A stretch of DNA of 64,000 nucleotides. Origin: Octopus vulgaris. Lineage: Eukaryota. The stretch is from contig OX597819.1 in the NCBI GenBank assembly GCA_951406725.2, forward strand, positions 74,834,001 to 74,898,000, given 5' to 3'. Both the position numbers and the translations under genes were made by a program. The notes under the pieces are model-generated. The model worked only from the letters and a program-made list of their open reading frames with translations. It searched no databases and had not been told where the DNA came from. Below, one piece after another: positions 1 through 9,627 of this stretch. The stretch's first letter is position 1, and each line of letters starts with the position of its first letter.

Positions 1-1005
1 ACCTCTATAATTATTTCTATCTAAGGTGTCACCTTTACCTTTGTAGCAGTTGACTATGGTGCTGCTACACCAGTCATTGGATATAACTCCCTCACGGACA
101 ACCTGATTAACTATATAGGTGACTAGATCATAACCTACTCTGCCAGATATTTTAAGCATCTCAGCTGTGATCCTTGATATACCAGGGACTTTTCCAATCT
201 TCATTTCCATCTTCATATCTTTTATGGCTTTATCTACCAAGCTACTGTCTCTTTGGATAGTTGGTCCCTCTGTTGGGTCCACATTAGGCAGACTCTCCTC
301 CCTTTGTGTTCTCTACATTTAGCAGCTTTTCATAGTGGCACTTTCAAGCCTTTTTCTTTGCAGAATCACTAACTGCAAGTGAACCGTCATCCATGCAAAC
401 ACACTTCTCTCCAACAACATCACAACTTTCCCTGACACACTGTCTTGCAAGCCAAAACACTTCAAGCTGCTGGTCCTCATGCTGCAGAACATTAGCAAAC
501 TTCTTCCTTTCTGCTTCCTCAATGGCTAGGTATACCTGCTTCCCAGTTTCCCTTCTAGCAACCTGATACAGTTCTGGCTAGCACCACACATCCAGTCCTT
601 CCAGGCCTGTTTCTTTGCTCTAAAGGCCCTGTTAACTACACTGTTCCACCACCATGTCACCCTAGTCTGTGGCTCTCAGTAAGTTTTCTCATAGGAACTC
701 CCAGTTATCCTGTATGTTACATATCTGTAACGTAGAGCATGTTCTGAGAAGAGTGATTTCATTTGAGGTAAATAGAGCGCAAAAGCAAGATAGACCAAGT
801 AAAAGGTGGAGGGGACAGGTGGAGGGGACAGGTGGAGGGGACAGGTGGAGGGGACAGGTGGAGGAGGAGATTGGGAGGGTTGGTTTGTAAAAAGGAGGAC
901 GCCCAAAATTGGGCAAGATGGTGAGATAGTATGAGGGCAGTTGCTATGGCATTGAGGTAGATCTGGCCATCCCCATTAATGGGGACAAAACCCAGATTTA
1001 AAACA

Positions 1006-1039
<34 letters not shown>

Positions 1040-1730
1040 TCCTCTTCATTAAATACTTCAGTTAGAATGTCTTTAAAACTCTGACTTAAGCCTGGGGATC
1101 CTTCATTTCTAGACTAATTTGCTTCTTGGAATCCTCCATGCCTCTTCATCATCAAAGGTCTTTGTCTTTATAAGCAACCATGTATCTCGCTTTCTGCGGA
1201 GAATGTGGTCAATCTGGCCAGCATGGTCACTGGATTTATATGTTATCAGGTGACTGATTGATTTCCTGAAGTTGGTGTTGCAGATCATCAGGTCATTTGC
1301 ATTACAGAACTTCAACAGTCTTGTTCCCTCCACATTTTGGGAACGAAATCTATGGCCCCCATGTACCCTACAGAAGACACCTGGGTGTTACCCAACATAT
1401 CCATTGAAATCACCAGGTCACCGTCATTTGTCTTTGAGGCAGACTAAAATAGAATATCATAAAAATGATACTTTTGTTCATTTGGCAGAACTGGTTGACG
1501 GGTGGGGATAGGCCAAGATAATTGTTACTATGCAAAACTAGTTTAAGCTTAAGTACCCCATTGCACAGTTTGACTACCTCAATTACCTTATCAACCCATT
1601 TCTCTGGTAGCAGTATGCTCGCACCATCCATTCCATCATTGTTACCTTCGCAGAAAATTTTATACTTGTGTTTTTTTTTGGCTGAAGCTCACCTCCACCT
1701 TCCTTCTTGAATACAACTCACATCAACGTG
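1..1730 (-). mobile_element. Decayed RTE-clade LINE fragment (APE endonuclease through start of RT), interrupted at about 680-1045
   Basis: Minus-strand translations give 'EGTRLLKFCNANDLMICNTNFRKSISHLITYKSSDHAGQIDHIL' (APE domain) and 'ITAEMLKISGRVGYDLVTYIVNQVVREGVISNDWCSSTIVNCYKGKGDTLDRNNYRG' (RT N-terminal region), with stops and frameshifts. Confidence 0.85.
804..864 (+). repeat. 13-bp G-rich minisatellite (AGGTGGAGGGGAC)x4 plus a partial unit
   Basis: Four perfect units at 804, 817, 830 and 843, then a partial unit. Confidence 0.95.
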
Positions 1731-1999
1731 TCTTTGTTCAAGCATCTCAGAGTTAGCGCCTGACCTGAGAAATCATTCACATGTCTAAGGATACGACATT
1801 CCATGTGCAAATCACCAAGATGACAACACTGCGTAGGAAGGCTGTTGGATGGATTTTGAGACCATTCAGAACCAAGAAAAAGGATATCATTCATGCTACT
1901 CCTATGGAGAACTTTCGTGCTCAATTGTCTGGATTACTGCTCCCAACTGCGGTCACCACAGAGTGTCATACTGGTGGCTGAACTCAAGGCAGTTCAGCA

Positions 2000-2420
2000 C
2001 CACAACACAAAGAAGATTGACTTAATGCAACAGAAGAGCTTCTGAGAAAGGCTAAAGGAAGTGAAACTCTACTTTCTGGAGAGAAAACAGGAAAGATATG
2101 CAGTGAACTAAACATATGGAAGATCTTGGAAGGTTTAGCTGCCAACTTTGGAATTGCAAGCTATACCAACCACTGAACAAGATAGTACTGCAATGTACCA
2201 AAGATCTCATCTTCTCCAGCTAGAATAAGGACCCAGCACTGTAACAGCTTGGGTTTCAAGGGTCCACAACTATTTCGCAATCTACCAAACAACCTCAGAG
2301 ATTTGCAAGGTGTAGATGTGGAGGTCTTCAAAGAATGTCTGGACAGTTTTTTATTTGAGATACCAGATGAGCTGATATCGTGATAGGAGGCACAAAGAAG
2401 AGTAGCTCCAACTTCGCCAG
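2000..2420 (+). mobile_element. CR1/L2-like LINE 3' end fragment
   Basis: The + frame reads 'SLGFKGPQLFRNLPNNLRDLQGVDVEVFKECLDSFLFEIPDE', typical of the CR1/L2-group ORF2 C-terminus. Confidence 0.65.
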
Positions 2421-2570
2421 AAGCAATGTAGAAAAGAAACCCGACCACACTGAAAGGCTGTGTTCCAGCATGGCCTCACTTTCTGGCTGAAACAAGTATG
2501 TGCAGTCGTTTACGTATTTAAAAAATATCGTAAATACATGTTAATTGTGTGTTAATATGGCCAGGAAAAA

Positions 2571-2786
2571 GGCGGTGAGCTGGCAGAATCGTTAGCATGC
2601 CGGGCGAAATGCTTAGCTGTATTTCGTCAGCCGTTACGTTCTGAGTTCAAATTCCGCCGAAGTCGACTTTGTTTGTCGGGGTCGATTAGAATAAGTATCA
2701 GTTACGCATTGGATCGATGTTATCGATTTAATCCTCTTGTTTGTCCCCTCTATGTTTAGCCACCTGTAGGCAATAAAGGAAATAAA
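2571..2786 (+). mobile_element. tRNA-derived SINE, family A (GGCGGTGAGCTGGCAGAA head)
   Basis: Pol III A/B-box-like head (GAGTTCAAATTC) and a central 'GCCTTTCATCCTTTCGGGGTCGATAAATTAAGTACCAG'-type domain. Further copies at about 14810-15020(-), 27150-27350(-), 30200-30395, 30871-31090, 31120-31570, 42630-42830(-), 47381-47595(-), 52911-53095 and 63379-63596(-). Confidence 0.85.
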
Positions 2787-2984
2787 TACGTTCCGGCTAT
2801 TCATGAAAGACGGAGTATTTAATGACGAGCGCATATTTCACTTTACACCGTATTTCTCAGTTTTCATTAATAAACATGTTGTCGGTTTACTTAAATATAA
2901 ACAAAAATTACAAATAACGGAGAATGAATTTTAAAAAATACATTTACAACTTTCACCTTTTGTTTTCCTCCTGAAATCAGAACT

Positions 2985-3458
2985 ATGGACCCAGATATTT
3001 CAATTATTTTCCAAGCAACAAAACATCTTATAAAACAAACTGATTGCCATGTATTCCTGGAATCTGATTTTAATCGCCGTCCTCTTCCAAATCAGTTAGA
3101 AGAAGAAATAAACAATGTTTGGAAAATAAGGCAGTCGAAGAACATGACTTTATATAATGGCACCAAGTTTCGTGTCCATGCTGTTTTTCCGTCTGTAGAT
3201 AAAAAGGGAGTCAATTTACAATTAGGAGTTACTTGTTATAGAGACTTTCTCGGAACCAACTGGTCGTTTCGGTCCCAACATCTGCAAACTGTTGGCCTCG
3301 CCCTCTTTGGTAATTCTCAAGCCTGTATGTCAGATCCTTTGGGCGTTGGTTCGTTGTTATTAACGAGCGATCAAAGAATTATTCTCTTAAAACGTAGCCA
3401 AAACTGTGCCGAAGCCCCTGGTCTGTGGGACATACCTGGTGGACATGCCGAACCTCAG
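2985..3458 (+). CDS. NUDT22: NUDT22 (UDP-glucose pyrophosphatase, Nudix hydrolase 22), coding exon 1
   Basis: MDPDISII...FNRRPLP...KFRVH...LGVTCYRDFLGTNWS...DPLGVG...KRSQNCAEAPGLWDIPGGHAEPQ matches vertebrate NUDT22 motifs. Ends at donor CAG|GTTTGT (phase 0). An acceptor-like polypyrimidine tract ending in CAG at 2980 suggests an upstream non-coding exon. Confidence 0.95.
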
Positions 3459-4535
3459 GTTTGTTTACAAATTGTTTACTTATTGAGTTCTTTTTTGGTA
3501 AATAATTAGTGAATAACCAATCAATTTGTAAGTAATCAGTAAAACGTGGAATATCACGTCATCCTTCTGACTGCTTCTTGTTAATTGGAAAATTAATAAA
3601 TATCAATCATAGTCTTAATTAAGTATTACTGATAAAAATTAAATTACTTAAACTAACAGTAACCAACTACGTTTCTCTTTATGGTTCCAAATTTTCTTTT
3701 CTTTCTCTGTATAAACTTGAATTGATCAACAGCCTGACAGAAAATGAACTACAGAATGATACATGATAGAAAACGAGGATATACCTCAATAGGAAGTTGG
3801 TCGGCTTTTACAGGAATAAGTCTAATTTATTATAGAACCGAAGAAAGGTTTTAATTTTTTTTTTCAAGGAATCTCTCAGGGACATGTTTTATATAGAGGG
3901 ACAATCTTAAAACAAAATTATGCTCTTTAGAAATGTGTCAGAGTAGAAGAAAAGAAAGTGAGTCATTAAGGTAAATTTCAGTTTATAATTTACCTTAAAG
4001 TATCAAAAAGTTTTAAAACAATTCTTTGAGAATTTTGTAAACTTATGGAATAAACTTCACTTAGAGAAAGTAAAAATATTCAAAAGTTTTTGTGGTAGTT
4101 TCAACCCCAAACGATCTTATTTCATTCCCTACTCACTACGTAGATTTATATAAAACATATTACATTCTCAAAAGAGGCTCCAACTACAACAATGTTGCTA
4201 GTATACCTACAGCAATAGGTAATAGGTATACTATTGCTGTAGGTCGAGAAATTAAGTACCAGTGAAACACCGGGGTCGACCTATTCGACTAATTCCTCTC
4301 CACAAAATTTCAGGACTTTAATAGAAAGGATTGTTATTATTATTATTAGTAGTATTACTATGTTTACTTTTAATCTGTATGTTTGATGCAATCATTTGCC
4401 GGGACACACCCTGCATCCGATTGTAAGTGACGGTTAAGAGCTGTTGAAATATAACTGAAAGTTTGACGGGAAGTGGCGAAGGCAGTAGAGAAACAGCTCC
4501 ATATAATACAACACAGACATTTAAATTGATAGGAT

Positions 4536-4660
4536 TTTTCTAAGGATGTGGACAGTACTTATCAACGCAATCTTTTGAATTTCCTTGAGACATTGTTCTC
4601 CTGGGATGTTGTCTAAATGTTTCTTTTTTTATCATACGTAAGACACCTACAATAACAATA
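4536..4660 (-). mobile_element. R4/Dong-type LINE extreme 3' fragment in NUDT22 intron 1
   Basis: The minus strand reads 'IPGEQCLKEIQKIALISTVHIL', the typical C-terminus of RLE-encoding LINEs. Confidence 0.6.
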
Positions 4661-4702
4661 TTATTATTATTATTATCATCATCATCATCATTATTATTAT
4701 TA

Positions 4703-5135
4703 TTGAGTGAGAGAGCAGTGCATGCCATCAAAATGACACTGGAGTAGAATATATGAAGCCCACTATACCCATCATGACTACCCGTCCTATAAGGGTACAC
4801 CAGGCACATGCATCATAACCATATGTGCGTGACAAGGTGATCTCATATCAAGATAAACAGCACATGACCTTGCAGGTGGGGGCCCAGTTAGAATTTTCTC
4901 CAGGTGGAGTAGCCCATCCCATTCAAAAGGTATCTGAATAAGGGTTGTTTAAGGATGTTGAATGAAGCACCCATGTATCCAGAGGTGAATTATTCAAACC
5001 CCAAAGAATTCCTCTCAACACATGACTATGATGCTTCCCCACTACTTCTGCTTGTGATCAGAGATGCATATATCATCATCCACTAAGGGCCATGCTCAAC
5101 TGATTTAGGTCAAACAACTGACAAGCAAATCTTTC
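4703..5135 (-). mobile_element. Non-coding interspersed repeat (about 560 bp family) embedded in (AAT)n
   Basis: Closely matches the reverse complement of 60925-61481. A partial copy lies at about 10650-10825. Confidence 0.85.
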
Positions 5136-5309
5136 ATTATTATTTAAGGCAGCCAGCTGGAGATGATGTCGTCTTCTGGCGTTAAATGACAGCAACATTC
5201 GTCCTAAACCAGGACTGCCATGTTATGTTGGCAAACAATCTTTACTACCTGTTTGTTTACTGTTGTTTAGTGTGTGTACTATTATTTTGGATTGCTTTTT
5301 TATTTCTAG

Positions 5310-5515
5310 GAATTGGTTGGGTCTGTGACAATGGAAAAAATTGATGTAGAATCTATGTCTCCTGCTGCTGTTGTCAAAGAATTGTATAACTCTGTGGTGC
5401 GAGAGATAAGAGATGAAGTAAACATTCCAGAAGATACGCTTTTGGAACCAGAACTGATGGGTGTTGCAAGCAATTTGACAAGTGCTGGCAGACCAAGTTT
5501 GGAGTTCTTTGTAAG
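5310..5515 (+). CDS. NUDT22: NUDT22 coding exon 2
   Basis: Acceptor ttttttatttctAG|. Encodes ELVG...ELYNSVVREIRDEVNIP...LMGVASNLTSAGRPSLEFFV(R). Donor AG|GTAAGA (phase 2). Confidence 0.95.
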
Positions 5516-5789
5516 GTAAGAGAAACCTTTCTGCATATTTTAATTCACAGTACACACCACCACCATCATCATCATCATCACCACCACCACCATCATCATC
5601 TTCATCATCATAGCATTATCAAATATACTTTCCCATGCTTGCCTGGGTTGACTGGAGTTTATTGAAGCAGATTTTCTTCAGCAGGGTGTCCTTCCTGTTG
5701 CCAACCCTTATCTGTTTCCAAGCCAAGTAATATTTATTCATAGCTAGACATGTTTATGCAGAATATTGAAAATGAATGACACTGCTTGT

Positions 5790-5855
<66 letters not shown>

Positions 5856-6265
5856 ACCAGCTACAACTAATAAGATGGTGTTCTCGTAAAAATTCCATGT
5901 CAGACACTGGGTATTTTTCATAAAAGTCTCCAGGATTATTTGTTGACCAGATGCCATTAAGAGAAGGCCACCTACAATGCAAAAATACTACTCCTGTTCA
6001 TTACTCATTGAAAGGTGAAATAGCGTAAAGTTCTGAAGACTCTTTAGTCTTACAGAATGCAAGACAATCCACTAGTGCTGGTGCCATGATAAAATGTCCC
6101 AGGACACTGTTGAGTGGTTGGTGAATGAGGGGGACAATGTAAAGTGAAGAACATGGCATTCTCTCTAGTGCCAATGCATCAAGTCTATGCTGGTTAGTGA
6201 AACACCAACCTCCAAATGCACAAGTGCTTATGGCATGTGGCTAAATAGACAATACTGTGTCAGAG

Positions 6266-6565
6266 GCACATGGCTCAGGGGTTAGGGTGTTTGACTCATT
6301 ATCATGAGGCCATGGGTTTGATTTCAGGTGGTGTGCTGTGTCTTTGAGCAAGACAATTTATTTCACATTGCTCCAATCTGCTCAGCTGGCAAAAATGAAT
6401 TGGACCTCTATTTCAAAGGGTTAGCATTTTGTGTCACTCTGAATCTCCCTGAGAACTACATTAAGGGTGCACATGTCTGTGGAGCCTCAGCCACTTGCAT
6501 GTTAATTTCACAAGCAGGCCATTCAGATCAACAAAAACACTCATCATCATAACCGACAGAGTGTC
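6266..6565 (+). mobile_element. tRNA-derived SINE, family C (GGCACATGGCTCAG head, GTCYTTGAGCAAGAC core)
   Basis: A/B boxes and a CORE-like segment. Related copies at about 21840-22200, 33101-33430 and 48569-48890. Confidence 0.8.
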
Positions 6566-6853
6566 AGCTGTTCTGTTATTTTGTCTTAACTCATTAATGT
6601 CTAGCGTATGATTTATCGTACGCTTTTTTGTTTCAGGCGAAAATATTTATATAAAATAATTTCATAAATTTAAACCTCAAAAACCTTTCTGAAGATAAAG
6701 AATAATTATTCCAGCAATATTTGGCATCAAAGCCATACTTTGAACATTTATACATTGTGATAGACTCGTATGTGAATGTAACAAAAAAATTCAAAAATTT
6801 TACATTTCTAGCATTAACCCTTTCGTTACCAACCCAGCTGAAACTGGTTCTGG

Positions 6854-7047
6854 TTCTGAGTTCAATTCCAGGCTGTGACCTGAATGATAATAATAATAAT
6901 AACATCGAAAAAAAATACCTTAACAATGAGAACCCAGGTTCGAAATTTCTCCAAGACACCTGATGAAGGCTGGAGGGTATATCAGCTGAAACATTGTGTT
7001 AACAACAAACAAGATGAGGACAAAAATCCATCAAATGTAAATAATGT
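6854..7047 (+). mobile_element. 5'-truncated tRNA-SINE (family D) with hammerhead-ribozyme-like tail
   Basis: gacac-CTGATGA(6960-6966)-a-ggctg...cagct-GAAA-C-att-gtgtt. Other copies at 15376-15593, 33734-33868(-) and 60735-61738. Confidence 0.75.
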
Positions 7048-7622
7048 ACATATGGATGTGGTGGTAGTGGTGGTGTGATGATGTTGATGATATGTATATG
7101 TGTATACACACACAAATGGACATACATTTTTGCACACAGTTCTATCATTGTCGAGATCCCTTAACTGATGCAGCCAGTCATTGGCGTGCCACTCTAGACA
7201 CTTTCATAGCCAACCATCGCCACTGGTCTCTGTTCTCTCTCATGCATAACAGGTTTACTGTATTGTGACCTGTCCAGTCTTTGATGTTGTCAGATCAGGA
7301 TTTTCTCTGCTTTTCGCCCTTCCTCAACTGGGCCCTGAAGAATGGTTTTAGACAAGGATTGTAGCAGGAGATGTATGACAGTACCAGGCAAGCTTTTGTA
7401 TTTTTACCTGTGCAAGGAGTGGTTCCTGTCTGCTGGCATATCTTTTCACTTGCTGCCTCAGCACATAATTCTATGATAAGTCTAAATCAAATATATGGAA
7501 TGCATGCTATGTTAATATATTTATTGAATACCAGATTCAGTTTCTTTATTGTAAAATGCCATCATTTTTGACGACATGGGTATACTAGTATATCTATAAA
7601 GCACTTTGTCCTCCTTGTTTAG

Positions 7623-7872
7623 ATGCAGTTTACCCTCATCCAAAGTATTACAGTTGTATCTTCAAGGAAACCAGAGTGAAGCAGATGAATCAACACATAT
7701 CCAGTGCCTTTCAGTTAATGATGTCTTGAAGCTGCAAGAAAATAACAAACAGCTCTGGAGTCTGTTGGCGCCATCAGCAAAAGGATGTTTTATTCTTTTC
7801 ATCAACATGGTTTTAAACAACGTTTTAACACTGAATTCCAATAGCAGTATTACCAATTCCATTGAGCCTTAA
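7623..7872 (+). CDS. NUDT22: NUDT22 coding exon 3 (terminal)
   Basis: Acceptor ctccttgtttAG|, phase-compatible with exon 2. Encodes CSLPSSKVLQLYLQGNQSEADEST...LWSLLAPSAKG, stop TAA at 7870-7872. Spliced CDS is 474+206+250=930 nt, giving 309 aa. Confidence 0.93.
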
Positions 7873-8086
7873 TGTCTTATTTACCATTATGAAATACAAT
7901 GGCATTGCATAAAATTCATTGTTAATCTTGGTTCCAAACTGGGGACAACAGTTTAAACTCTGGTCATTTTTACCAAACAACACACCTCTCTGTCTGTTTC
8001 AATTCATTTTTAAAATATTGAATTGAATGGGTTTATCAAAATAACTAATTTTTTCCATTGATGGTTTTCCTATGCAAATACAACTA

Positions 8087-8092
8087 AATAAA
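8087..8092 (+). terminator. Candidate NUDT22 polyadenylation signal AATAAA
   Basis: Canonical hexamer about 215 nt after the stop codon. Confidence 0.4.
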
Positions 8093-8736
8093 AGATTTCT
8101 ACATGACATTTTGATGGAAATCTTACTGACTGAGATTTCATCACATTATTCTTCTAGTAATGAGGTTTTCAGTTAATATTAAAATCGAAACTCTTTGACA
8201 TGAATTGATTGGGGCAAGTTGCTTCCCACCCTGGTCCTAGAAGTGCTTTTCAAACGAGTGAATGGAATCAGAGTTCATATCTGTCAGTGGCGTGTTTACA
8301 TCTGTAGATTATTATGATTACCATCCTCCAAATCCGTGGAATTAAGATTAATAGAATTTTCTGAATATATGTTCTATTTTGCAATGGATTTGAGGAATTA
8401 AGATGAAAATGGTTGAGATCAGTATCATTTTATAAGGTTCCTTCTAATGTTTCTGAAGAATGGCACTTTCTACAGTTTATTTGATTGAAACAGAAAATAA
8501 AACAGGATCTTAATTTCACTTGCCAGTTTGATTAGTGAGATGTAAGAAGGGACCTCCAGCTGTTAAAACAACCACCAGTTACTCCTTCAAGTAAACCATC
8601 TGGCAATGTAAACCTGGGAAACCAATTTTAAAAGCATGACACATGACACCACTTGTAGCAAAGAGAATGTTGATAATGATGCCTTTTTATGTTGCGTTCC
8701 TCAAATGGGGCTTTAGTTTATGCATTTATGGAAATA

Positions 8737-9627
8737 CGTGGTCTCCTCAATATGTATCTGAACTGTTGCCATAGTAACGAAGCTAAAGCCTGCAGAATAA
8801 AGTTGCTAGATACAGGTTGATCTTGAACTCTGTTCTGCATGTGCACCAAGTTTTAACAATCTAGCTCACTTTTGCTGTTTACAGCAGTGCTTGGTATGAA
8901 GGTGTGTAGCATGTGATCATTGCATTGACCATAACAGAGAAAGTTGAGCAGAGAATCTGCATCAAATTTTGCCAAAAGCTTGGTGATACCTGCTCAGAGG
9001 CCTACACAAAATTTTTGAAAATTTTCATCGTTCTCGACACAATTAAGATCTTGTGCAACTGAAACCTGAGTATCTTTTTGGTCAGCTGAAAGCAGTTTTG
9101 GCACAAACTTGATAGACACGCATCTCATACCCAAATCTTCAGTGATAATGGACTGAACTGAACTGTAACTAACCTACGCATCCTCTGATAACTCACGGAT
9201 TGTTATTCAATGATTTCCCCTCACAGCTGCACGCACATCTGCAATGTTTTTCTCAGTTCTACTGGTTGTGGGTCTCCAAAAACATTCATTAATATCAACA
9301 TTTCTTCGCCTATATTGGAAACATCTGAACCACCCGTTCACTTGTGTGTGGCTCATATACCCCTCTTCATACACTTTCTGCAACTTTGCATAGGCCTCTG
9401 AGCAGATATCGCCATGACAACTTGCTCTGTCATGGTCAATGTGACAACCACATGCTACACACTTTCCTTCCAAGCACTACTGTAAACAATGGAAGTGAGT
9501 TAGAATATTAAAACTTAGTGTGCATGCACAGCAGAGTTCAAGGTTAATCGATGCCAAGTGGCTTCACTATGTGTGCTTTAGCTTTGTTACTATAGCAACA
9601 GTTCGGATACTTATTGATCAGACCTCG
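8737..9627. mobile_element. Rearranged non-autonomous mariner element with two 5' ends
   Basis: TA|CGTGGTCTCCTCAATATGTATCTGAACTGTTGC ... GCAACAGTTCGGATACTTATTGATCAGACCTCG|TA. The transposase N-terminus appears on both strands. The minus strand reads '...ITIRELSED...EDLGMRCVSIKFVPKLLSADQK'. Confidence 0.9.

Noticed and set aside
3459-3509. ORF-track extension of NUDT22 exon 1 (VCLQIVYLL...)
   Set aside because: Intron read-through. Homology stops at the GT donor and resumes at 5310.
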